A stretch of DNA of 64,000 nucleotides from Paraphysomonas bandaiensis (taxonomy: Eukaryota; Protista; Chrysophyceae), in NCBI GenBank assembly GCA_965644295.1, contig CBFFRP010000129.1:42598-106597 (forward strand), given 5' to 3'. The first letter of the stretch is position 1. Each line of letters starts with the position of its first letter. Positions 51,147 to 62,982 of this stretch are shown one piece after another. The position numbers and the translations under genes were made by a program. The notes beneath the pieces are model-generated. The model was not told where the DNA came from, ran no database searches, and saw only the letters and a program-made list of their open reading frames with translations.

Positions 51147-54100
51147 TCATAAAATCGGAGGCGGAGGAAGACGCCAAAAGTTAAAATCGCCGTAGGTGTC
51201 CTGGTAAACAGTGTTATATATTGAAATTATATCTTACCAGCAACATTACCTCAGTAACTGGAGCAGATAACTTGGTACTTGTGCTTTGTCTCTTACGGGA
51301 AAATGCGTCTGACAGGACAAAATAATCACCTCAAAACAGACAAATCGTTGAGAAGTACCTGTAACAGCAGGAAATATCTGATGCAGCAGAGAGTTCATTT
51401 CTGTGTACGTCCGCTTCAGAGTGACTGTTGTCATTGTGGTTATCTAAAAAACATGTTATACACAACACACTCAATGTGTCAGACACATGCACCTCGCCCT
51501 TCTCGTTGACAAGAAAAGTTCTTCCAAGAGGAATATCGCACCTGTACAAATCAAATCACACCGCTTTTATGAAAAAAGACAACAAGCTAACCTATCGAAG
51601 GCCAGCACATCCCTGGCATGGGCTCCGAATGCTGCGTGATATGGGTTGTGCTGCGATAAACGCATAGAGTTAGATATGACACGTTTTGGGTATGTATAAA
51701 ACGCACACCTGACTAGGAAATAACGAACGCACACCTCTTAGTGCAGCTGCTTTGAAGAGATCTGTGCGCTCTGCGCCAAATGCCCTACGCACAAAACACA
51801 TAAGTACTACCTATTTACACGAGTCCATATGAAATTCGCAAGACTTACTGTATAAGGGCATCAGGTGGCAGAAATACTGGGCCAGCAGGAAGTCCAGGAT
51901 CTGACCCCCCTCCGCTAGACTTCAGTAGCTGATCCTATATAAGGAGAGCAAGCTCAGCAGGGCAATACACTTGCAGCTTTTATCAGACAATTGCGCACCT
52001 TTTGTGAGGTGTCTGGCTTCGTTGCAATATATAAAAATCTATATCCATTCGCTGCTATACTGTCGAACAACTGGGTATGCTACAATGTGAGTCGCGTATA
52101 CAAAGCAAGTGGTTCGAGACACACCTGTGAAAGACCCTCGTGTGTTTCTCTTCTAGCTGAGGTACTACCCCAAAGAGACATGACGAGCCCCAGCGCTCCA
52201 CCTCCACTCCCAGAGTTGCTCACAAAAATAGCCCCTTCAATATCCGCCACAACTACTTTCGCATCCTCTGGCCAAACAAACAAACGAGCCGACACAATAT
52301 TACCCTACATATATGATGTTACACCACATCACATTAGCGAAAAATATGCGCATACAACCTCCACTTCAAAAGAGATCTCGTTTTCTCCATCCTGAAGATC
52401 CATCGCCTTGATTTGCTCTTGGTTCGGCACTAAAGTCTTTCTGTAGAGGTATTTTCGAGGGAGTACACGACCCGTCCCAGCTTGAGCACTACCATAAAGG
52501 CTTTGTGCACCTCCTTCACCCTCCTCGAGACTAAGCGAATAAAAAGAATCCGTATCGGAACCATCGTAGACATCACCTCTTGCTGGACCGGGGAGAATGT
52601 CATCCGCAGATATATCGTGCAGAGACAGGAAATCTACACCTTCTGTACCATCATCACCTGTAGTAGACCCTTCCTCAGTCACTCCAATATCCATAGAAGT
52701 AGGATCAGTATCCGAAAGGGCAAGAGAATTCATACGCACCAAATCCTCTGCATCCTTTCCGGGTGCCTCAGTAGAAATTTTCCGTCTATGATTATTGATG
52801 TCAAAATCAATCTGAGGCGGAGAACCGGCTTGGGCTAATTGACTCAGCTGATTCAAGCCGGTGTCATGAGACCGAGAAGCACTCACAGAAGAGTTAATAG
52901 GAGATGTTGGCAGGGTTTCAACTCGGCCGCCTTTTGATGCTACTTCGATACCCACTGCTGGATGGTCATCAGTGGCAAGACTAGATGTGGAGTTATCCAT
53001 ATCTTCCACCCAAGCAGCCTGGTTTGTCACATACGGTTTCAACAAGTCTGGAACAGAGTCAGCACGAGTGCACTCACTCAGCAATCGCTGAAAATCATCC
53101 ACAGAATTCCAGTCGAGCTGCTCTTTGCTCCATATGTTCAAGTGGGCACACTCAGAGTTGTCGTCAGTAGAGAAGGAGTGCCTACCATTAGTAAGACTCT
53201 CTGAATCTCCTTGACAGCTGGATGATTCGGACAGACACTCCATCAGTCCGAAATCATCATCCTCTCCGCTGCGGTAAGAGCTCCTACGACTCTCCATTGT
53301 AGGGGACGCATGCGTAATATCGACAGCCCCTTCTTCATTTATAGTCCCTGTGTCCGTAGGAATACACCCACTATTTCCCCACGTGATTACACTCTTCCCT
53401 GCCCACCACAACAAGCCATTACTACTACTCTCAACACCCCCTTCCTCATCTCCTCCAGTCTGACCTCTAGAGCTTCTGGTTAAGTGTTCATGAACAAGTC
53501 TCCATGGTATAAGTATGTTGTTGGCAACCACAACCAGGTTGGGGTTGTTGAGTATGTCCAGGGCACTAGATGAGAATTCCTCCGGAGATACTGCGTGTAT
53601 ATCTATCACTTTTCGAAGGTCTTCAGCTGTATGAGGAGCATTTTCACTCGACAGGATATGTGCACATAGGGATAGTGTTCGGTCCGATCCCAGTGCGGAG
53701 GCAACTGCTGCGGCACGGGAGCTGATAGTGTGTGACAATGTACGCTGCAGCAGCGGAGGAGGCTGTGAGTCAGGAGCACAGTTGGAAGTATCAGCAACTT
53801 TATTGGTGGGAGATGATGCGGGTTCACGACAGTCAGACATATTACTGTCGGTGACTGGTCTTCGATTTGATTCGGGAATTTCCAGAATCGGGTGCGTGTG
53901 GTGCTTCGGCTCGGGGTGTAAAGATACATCACTACCAAAAGATTCTGTTGTTACCGGGTTTGGGAAAGACGTCTCTGATGATGGTAAGGTGTTATCTAAC
54001 GCAAACGAAGAACTGTTCGATGTAACATAATCTTTCGTTCCACTGCTGTCTCCACCAAGTCCAACACACTCTGGAGGGATATCTCTAAATTCGCTGTTCC

Positions 54101-55210
54101 ATACGCTGCAACCATGCTGCTTTGCTCCAGCTTTGCCATCCGCAGGAGACAAACTAACATTTTCATTCACTTCTGGAGATCCAATCGAAGAAGTGAGGCT
54201 ATTTACGCGGTCCGCTGCCCGCCGTTTCTCACGTAGTGCAATATCTGTTAATGAGAAAAATTCAGCAATTGATGGGTCGGTAGATTTAATAGGAAGGTCT
54301 CCCCAGGTCCAGGTCCAACCTCCAGACACTTTATCACCCCGTTCTTCAGATTCTGGCAAAACTGTCTCGATGCCATGATCATACACATCACTAACTTTCT
54401 CCTGATCTTCACCACCCACGAAAGACTTTGAAAGAGATTTGGGTGGCTGTAGGGAGTAGAATTCCTCCGCTGATTCATGTCCAGTTGTAAACGACCGTCG
54501 TCTCAGCATCTGTTCTTGCCCACTTTCGCAAGCGCTAGTTGGAAGACTATCAGTACTCTCTAGACAGAGGGTAGGAGGAGATTCACTAGTAGGGGGTTGT
54601 GTCTGACAAAGAGAGTCAATGTCAACCCTGGAAGTGGCCATTTCCAAGTCATTCTCCGATAATGTACGCCGGATCTGCAGCCTGTTACGGACATCATACA
54701 TCTGAAATTAGAAGAAGCGACACACTTACGGCACAACACTCTTTTCCAAATTTTCATTCGTCTTTTCAGAATCAATGGGTTCTATTTCATCCATAGAATC
54801 CGAGAGACAACCACGGACAGCCTGTTCAGAAGTCTGAAGTGTCTTCCTTACAGGACTAGTAGGTGGCGATGCCCTCAATCGCTTGATCACAAACTCATGT
54901 TGCTTCGTTCTCTCCACAAAGAACGCTTCTCCCGCTGTGCCCAGCTTCATCGACAGTTTCACATCTTTTCCGTTCACACGAATCTTTACTAGTTTATTCC
55001 CAGTGTTCTTACGACCTACTGGAAGCTTCACGTGGAAGGGACTGCAACTCATCGTGCCATCTGCCTAATGATAACAAATCAAAGATGAAACTAACGATCT
55101 GTCCAATCAAATAACAGCACAGAGCTTACCTTACGAACAACCACCATGTCAATCGCCCCACTTGGTGCTTGGGATCCCAACACCCACCCCAGAGCTGAAG
55201 TAACATTCAT
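51147..55210 (-). CDS. Lipin/Pah1 family protein (N-LIP + C-LIP/LNS2) with a non-canonical HAD motif, multi-exon
   Basis: N-LIP 'SGAIDMVVV...CSPFHVK...MKLGTAGEAFF'; 'WTWGDLP'; 'LQDGENEISF'; C-terminus 'LLHQIFP...YGDFNFWR'. Confidence 0.88.
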
Positions 55211-55702
55211 CTCTCTTGGGGAATTAATTGAAGGTAACTATGGATTCATCTCTAGTACTAATGCAGCAACACTCACGTGTATGTATATATATATACATCT
55301 TCTATAACAACAAAAATATGAACCTACTTCTATATTCGCATACGAGATTTGGCTGTGGAAAAGTTTGCGAAGTCTGAAGGTGCTGTTTTTTGACTATACT
55401 CTGCATGCTCCTCGACTGCTGTATATTCCTCGGTTCACCTTTCCTTTCTACTGCTCTGTAGTACTTGTGTATCCATACAGCAGGATGAGTACTGCTGTAG
55501 ATTGCATCGTACTGCTGTAGCTGGTATATGTGTACGTAGTATGTGGATGCGCCTCTGTTATTTGCTGCTGAGTACAGTATTGACCTGCAATCTCCTACAC
55601 ACATATATATATATATTTCATATTTCTTATACGTGGTGAGGGAACATCACTATTTCTCATCTCTATTTTAAGAATAGAAAAGAATAATCGCTTTAAGAAA
55701 TA

Positions 55703-56365
55703 ATGGCCCACCAGTTGCAAAATAAGTGGGTGTTGTGGGAGCATGATAGCACGGTATGATTATATTTAGCAACACTTTTCTCGTTAATCGTTGGACATAG
55801 CAAAAAAATTACCGGGAAGCGAATAAGGAAGTATGTGAGTTTCAAACGGTTGAAGATTTCTGGAAGTATTGGTCGTTTATACCCCGACCAAGGTAATATC
55901 TTATCCAAGCATGATATTTCCTCATATGCCGTCTGTAGTGAGGTGTTCAATGAAGGACATATAAAGAAAGAAATAGATGGCCGAACCATTGCGGGTTTTT
56001 GTTTGTTTAAAAAGGGAATAAAACCAGCATGGGAAGACACTGCCAATTCGTCTGGGGCCGAATGGGTCTGTAGAAACGCACGTAGTTTTGAAATTGCTGA
56101 TGCGTACTGGGAGAACCTTGTCTACGGACTTATTGGTGAGACGATAGATGAAGGAGACGAAATATGTGGTTGCCGAATCGTTAATAAAACTACAAACAGC
56201 GGCAAGATTAACGTTAAAATTGAGCTATGGTTACGCAGTAGAAACAAGGACGTGGCAGACCGGATATTGACACGAATGTTGAATGCCCTAACCGATGGAG
56301 AGTCCTCAAAACCCGGCTCGTCTCGTGGGTTACCCGACTTTCAGCACAAGACTCATGGAAACTAG
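55703..56365 (+). CDS. EIF4E: Cap-binding translation initiation factor eIF4E family member, 3 exons
   Basis: 'HQLQNKWVLW', 'TVEDFW', 'FKKGIKPAWED', 'ICGCR', 'KIELW'; introns 55754-55800 and about 55893-55938. Confidence 0.93.
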
Positions 56366-57280
56366 AAAGTGTGTGGGTGTGTTGTGAGGTGCTGCATTGT
56401 ACGTAACTTTGTGATGTAGTAAACACCAGTTGTCGTTCGATTGAATGATTTAACAATTTCATAAGTAATATTTACCTTTACTACGATACTATATACCACT
56501 TCTTTTTCACGTAGTTGTGTGAATGTGTGAATTATTGTACCACTTAGGAATGATGGTACTATATTGTAGTACCTGCGTACCTGGCTTTCTGGAAGAATGA
56601 CGAATCCTAATTCGCCAAGATAACAAGATCGAATAATAGACATGAACGCAGTGTATATAACGAAATAATCGTGGGATGAAAATCAACACTACCCGTCCAT
56701 ATAAGACGTGTGATCGAATAACATGTGGTGGTTAAGAGCTATTCGTTTAAGTACTTCTAGCGATCGTGTTGTATTTTAAACGCTGTACTGTAATCGCGTA
56801 ATCGCTCCTTCTTCTATCAGACCAGCTCATACCTTGGTCTAATATACACAGCAAGATCAAAAGTTTGTTACTTTTTAGTTTGTCACTAAGAATAAATTAT
56901 ATTAAATTATTTACTTAAACAATTAATGACTAGAGGGATTACTCGAAGTCGGCCATTATATTTTTACATGGATAGGGAATAATGTATCGCAACACTATTA
57001 TTAGTTAGAGTCGCAGGCCCGATAATACTATTAACAATATACTGCAATATATTTGTATCATTAAATACATGCATATTGCGTATATTCTTTTTTAAATGAT
57101 AGTCATTAAGATTACATAATAATCAGGTCATAGTTTTCCTCGTATTCATCCTTGAAGTCACTACCGGTGACATAATCACCCAGAATAATTCAAAATTGAT
57201 TGAAATATGCATGCATTTGTCTACAAGTGCCGATTAGCTTTCATTGACAGAATCATACTACCTGTTGCAAGAGATGCACG

Positions 57281-57585
57281 CCTCCAACAAAGTCGGACTC
57301 GCACCTGACCTCTTCGTGGGGGATAAGTACCGGAGAGATTCTCTCTGGGAAACTAACGTGTGTCGCAAACATAGTCAGCAGGTATTGTTCTGCCCACTCA
57401 CAGCCGAATGCTTGTGTGGGACAAGGGACACTAATTAGTGTCACTTGTGTAGACGTCTTAGGGCCTTGACAAATAAACAGGCATCTGGGAATGGGCCCAC
57501 CTCAAGGGCATCCGGGACAGGACCTATGTAAAGGGTAACCGGGGTATAGGGCTGCCTGCTGAAGTCAAGCATCCGAGATGTTCAA
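57281..57585 (+). mobile_element. Short element, copy K (head without 3' tail)
   Basis: cctccaacaaagtcggactcgcacc...gaagtcaagcatccgagatgttca. Confidence 0.85.
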
Positions 57586-57897
57586 TGTATCTATTCGACA
57601 AAGTTCTATCTTGTACAGTTTATTTCATATATTTAATATACAGCTGTGTTACATCCAAACAACTGTGTTCGTCACTAGCGGTATATTCCTATATTGCAGC
57701 ATTTATAGGACCAACCTCAACGGAAGTGGGTTCAACGAATCGTAATTTAACAGAAGCGATATAAAATACAAACCATTATTTATAATTCAACCCCTACAAT
57801 CAAATTCCAAACTTCGCTACTCATATATATATTGCAATGGAAACTATTAATATTGCATAAAACAGTCATTCTCTTAACTATCAAAATATATGCAACA

Positions 57898-58860
57898 CTA
57901 CGTATGCTTTTTCGTATCAGGGAGAGATGATTTTTCTAGTGCTTTCTTTTTCTCCATTTCCCTCTTGAGCTTGAGCCTACTCCATGATCCCGTCGCACGT
58001 TTACAGTCGTAAGCCAATCCGAGGGCATAACATACATCAATAAAAAATTTCGTAGGGTTGTACTGCTTGTGAATTCCGAACTCCGAAGCTGCGTAATCGT
58101 AAGGATACTTATGGTGCCAATTGTGCCATCCTTCTCCCACTGCAACGAGAGACACAAGAGGGTTCTCTGCAGGCCACAAACTTTCATCATAAGGATGACT
58201 TCCAAAAAAGTGTGCACCAGAATTGACCAACCAGGTTGCATGTAAGACTACCACATAGCGTAATGCGCCTGCAATCCAGTATCCTGTCCAGAAGTTTTCG
58301 CCCCAAAGCGTGCTCACAAGGCCAGGGAAGACAAAGCACATGAACAACGCAAACCACGGATCCAAAGCCTTTTGAAACACAACAACACCATCGTTTGCTA
58401 GGTCCTCAAACGTTAGTTTTTTACCAGCAGCTATGGTTGCAGGGGTCTTTTTCACAAACAACCACCCCATGTGCGCGTAAAAGAATCCTCGAGTAGCATT
58501 ATGTGGGTCGGCATCTGTTTCGGAATGTTTATGATGGACACGATGATCCCTTGACCAGTGATAGATACTTCCTTGATTGGCCATAGAATTTAGAAGCATG
58601 AGGAATATGCGCAGTGGAAGGGTTGCTTTGTAACTTCTGTGAGCCCATAGTCTATGTACACCTGCCGTGATTCCCAAGCCGCTGATGGGCCACAAGACGA
58701 AAGCCCATAAGAGTGTATAGGGCAAAGCATGAGGAACTGAGAAGATACCAATGATAGCAGCTACATGAACCAAAGATATGTATATGATCATCGGGTAATT
58801 GAGGTTGTTCTGATTGTAGTGGTAGACCACTGTCTTGACGGAGTCCTTAATGATATCCAT
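57898..58860 (-). CDS. Acyl-CoA delta-9 desaturase (SCD/OLE1-type, no cytochrome b5 fusion)
   Basis: His boxes HRLWAH, HRVHH, HNWHH; 'DADPHNATRGFF'; intronless. Confidence 0.95.
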   Translation of the reverse strand: MDIIKDSVKTVVYHYNQNNLNYPMIIYISLVHVAAIIGIFSVPHALPYTLLWAFVLWPISGLGITAGVHRLWAHRSYKATLPLRIFLMLLNSMANQGSIYHWSRDHRVHHKHSETDADPHNATRGFFYAHMGWLFVKKTPATIAAGKKLTFEDLANDGVVVFQKALDPWFALFMCFVFPGLVSTLWGENFWTGYWIAGALRYVVVLHATWLVNSGAHFFGSHPYDESLWPAENPLVSLVAVGEGWHNWHHKYPYDYAASEFGIHKQYNPTKFFIDVCYALGLAYDCKRATGSWSRLKLKREMEKKKALEKSSLPDTKKHT

Positions 58861-59530
58861 GTTGTCAAGGTTTCCCAGTCAACACAGTCGTTGTGAGTTA
58901 AAATAATGATCATTGTTGGCATCCACACACAATATTTTCGTGATTCAATTCAAGTGATGTGCTGTTCTGGATATATGCACGTCACAAACCTAACGACACT
59001 GTGTCCAATTGAAGTGGTGACGCGACCAGCTCATAGTCTGCTGTGTCACACCACACACGCTCTCCTGTTGATATGAAAACCAATCAAAAGTGTATACTAT
59101 CTAGGAGGTGTATTTGATTGGTTGAATTATAAATTACGGTGTATTTTCAGGAGTGCCTACGATGTATACTCATCGCAGTTGCATAGACATGAGGCGTATA
59201 CAGCAGTATATTGCTGTAGAACTTTGTATACGGTATCTCTACACTATGTAGGTATCATTGTATCTTGTGTAGTTTAAAAATGTGGGATATCCAGCACATT
59301 CTAAAATATTAAACCCACTGCATTCTGTCGTACATACGAATTGTATGATAATAACGTACACAACTGTACAATATTGTATTTCACTTGTATTCTCTGTATA
59401 CGAGGAGTATGCACAGCAGTATATGATGGATTCCATATATACACATACACATACACTATACACAGTGTTGTAGATGTGTACATCCCCAGTCTCCATTGTC
59501 TCGAATAACCCCCCATTAAAATAGCAATCC

Positions 59531-62193
59531 ATGATCGCCATATCATTTGAAGATACCTCATGTGGGGTGATGGATATCACCAGTACGTGGGAAGCAAATA
59601 TATCCCGAGACACAGCAGAGACTCAGACCCCCTCCGAGATGTTTATGTTCGAGGATGCTGAGGTACAGACCGGATTATACACTGAGATAGTGGAGGAAGT
59701 AGTGAGTAAGAAGGATGTCGGGGCGAATTTAGTGGATCTTCTTGCGGAGTATCACAAGCAGAGAGGGCGGGAGGCGTGGGCCGCTATGATCAGAGAGGGA
59801 AAAGTGTCCATTGACGGAGAGACCGTTACGCACCCAGATAAGGTGCTTGAACCAGACCAGTATATTGAGTTTGTGAATGAGAAGAGTAATGCTGAGGTTA
59901 GTTTACTGTGTGTTGTAGGTAGATATTAAGTAATGCTGTTGTTGAGCAGACGGAGATATCTCGTGCCGACTTTGGCACACAAGCGGACGAGGACGAGTTA
60001 AGCGCTGGGAGCACCAGTTTACTGCGGTTCTTAGACAACACCTTGCCACTAGTAGAGCAGGAGTTGAAAAATAACATTGTCAGTAAGGCTTTTGACGGCT
60101 ACACTGCCATGCGAGAGGATAGACCAGAGAGTATAGAACTTTGGAAGATACTGACTGTAGATCTCGAAAAGCACAAGGTTGTGTTTCCGGACTGGTCTAA
60201 GGGTAACCATTACGCCGGTGTTATTGTACGATGCCACGTGACCCGCAATAAAGAGCGAATTTACGATATCGATATGTCAGACGGAGGGTCTCGGCTTAAT
60301 GGTGTAAGGGAGGAATATATACGAGCGATTTTACCTGGTGTTGGTGGAGACGGCGGTCGGTCGAGACGGAGCGGAGGTGAGTGTACAGTGGCATATATCG
60401 TGGCATGTTGTAGGATGTAATGATTGCTACTGCAGGAAGAAGTAGTATGCGCTTGTATGAGGGAATGCGTTTACATGCGTGTGTGAGGCGTGGGACTAAC
60501 GAATCCCGCTACCTGCCTGGACGAGTGACAGCAGTGCATCGCAATGAAACTGTCGACGTGGAGTGTGAAGGTGGCGTTATCAAAGCAGGACTTACACGGG
60601 ATGATCTGTTAGTTGGGCTGACTGAAGGACAAGAGGTAGAAGCTCGTAGGCCTGTTATCGTCAGTATGCAATGTACAGGGGTGTCGTGGAGCTGTAACGG
60701 TAGCATGGTGGTGGCCTCATACGGCAATGCCGATGTTAGTGGGTGGTGTGACTCCCCTGGTGCAGTATGTACGTGGAGTGTCTTTGGGCGCGATCTGAAC
60801 CCGTCTGTACCGGATTTCGTATTGGATCATACCGTATGCGTGATGTGCGTGCGTTGTCACCCAACGAACCCCTCAGTAGTTGCAGCGGGGTCTTTCAATG
60901 GGGAAGTGATCGTGTGGGATGTGAATAACCCAGAGGGTCCATTGCATCTGTCCTCCATAACTGAGGATTCTCATGACGAACCCGTAATGGGAGTAGACTG
61001 GGTATTGGACTCCTCATTAGGGGTATATCTAGTTTGTAGTGTTGGGGCGGACGGGAAAGTTCTGTTGTGGAACCTCGAGCAGGGATTCAAAAAACCATTT
61101 AGAGGATGCATGTTAGCCAAAACTAAAGTCTCTAAAAGGTTTGTGTGTGCTGTACCCAATATTAAGCTTCTGACACTTTTGTCCACAGGCAAAATTACCC
61201 TCTGGCTCACGGTGGGACGTCCTTGTCATTTTCTGGAGGTCTGCGTCGGGCGAAGTGGCTCGTAGTAGGTCAGGAAGGTGGATCAATTGTACGTGCCCAA
61301 GCCTCCCGTATACTCTCCGCCCCTCCACCGGCTGAATCTTCAACGGTGCGTGCGCAGTTTATCTCGATTTCTGTGCTTATGGCATTCTACAGGACAAACG
61401 CGGTGGAAAATATGCTTCCCTCCGACGTAAGGGCGAAACTTTTTCACACGAAACTCACATCGGTCCAGTAAACGCTATCCAATGCTCACCATTTCACAGG
61501 TATCCATAGTAACCCACAAAGTTTTATGCCGCTTATAGGCAATTCGTGCTTGTGATGTTAATGATTTCATACAGGAGTTTGTTTCTGACTGGAGGACAGG
61601 ACGGAACAGTAAGGCTGTATCATATGCTAGAGCAGAACCCGTTGCGCACTTGGGAGCCCGCCCCGCAGGAAGACACAGGTATATGCGGTGCCGTATGTTC
61701 TAGTGAAATAGTTATATATATTATTCTCTTGTAGATGTTTATGTCAACTTGTATCTTTGTACACATATATAACACGTACTTGACTTCCGAAACAGATATC
61801 GACTCTTCTTTTGCCGCCATCAGCTGTATCGGGTTTAGCTACACACGACCAGCTGTATTTGCTGCTGGTTCTAGAGACGGATATGTGTACGTGTTCGACC
61901 TGCTCTCTTCTTCAACAGGGCCTGTGACTGTGTTACAACTGCCCCCAGTTGGCGCTAATATGGATACCGTTGCCGAAGCAAAGGCTAACGGGAGGGGACT
62001 CACCGGACCTCGTGCGCGTGTCTCTGGAATTTGCTTCAACAAGAAGCAGAGGGACCTCCTTGCTGCATGTGATCATACAGGAAGGGTATTTGTGTGGAAG
62101 ATGGGATGGACACTGTCCAATAGCAAGCAAACAGAGCAAGCATTCATTGACCATCTTGGCAGTGTATCTGTTGATGACAATATGGATTTATGA
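59531..62193 (+). CDS. WDR34/DYNC2I2-like dynein intermediate chain (WD40) with inserted S4-like and Tudor/SH3-like segments, multi-exon
   Basis: N-terminal TQT/VQT motifs; 'LVEQELKNNIVSKAFDGY'; 'CTGVSWSCNGSMVVASYG...WC', 'AAGSFNGEV', 'SPFHRSLFLT', 'RPAVFAA'. Confidence 0.8.
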
Positions 62194-62581
62194 ATATCAT
62201 ATCATGTCGTGGAGCTATATAGTAGTTTTTGTGAGTAAATAGTGTTCACATGTGAAAGGTGATATATATTCCGAGCACGTTCTAGTAATTATTGATATAT
62301 CTTCTAAATGTACTATACAACTTGGAGGTGTCAAAGCACTACTACTGTGAATCAGCTGGCAGTGTTGGAATACGTATGTTTCCCTAAGTGAGATCTATAG
62401 AATACATTAAATACAATGTGAAAAACTGAGTCAAAATTACTATATAGCTATTATTAAAACTGAAGTATGACGACGATTCAAAATGCGGAAGTTAATCAGA
62501 GGTTGACATGAAAGTAGTTTGAAATTATTTGTTGTTGATGTGTTTTAACATGACAACGCATTATTGCCTGTGCAATAATAA

Positions 62582-62938
62582 GTAGTGAATGTCTGATTAT
62601 TAGCAATAAGCGCTTAACAGTCAGAACTGATGCAGCAAAACAATTTAATTAACTCTGATATCCTACTATTTGGCGCTACGAAAGCTGTTTGTGCGTCACC
62701 GCAAGCACCAAGGTGCAACCGCTTTCGCTCTCTGTCCTCAAGGTGAATAGCTCGGGTGCTTGACTTCAGTAGGCAGTCCAATAGAACCGATGCCCTTGAG
62801 GTGGGCCCATTGATTCGTCAGGGCCCAAAGACGTCTACACAAGTGACACTAATTCCCTCAACAAAGTCGGACTCGCACCGTTTCGTGGTGTTCTGGGTTC
62901 TGGGGAATAAGTACCGGAGAGATTCTCTCTGGGAAACT
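62582..62938 (-). mobile_element. Short element, copy L, with inverted 5' segment
   Basis: 62582-62854 is in minus orientation (tail to internal hairpin); 62855-62938 is the 5' head in plus orientation. Confidence 0.85.
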
Positions 62939-62982
62939 ATATTGAACTACAACCAACTCCTACGTGCGTACCTACACACACT

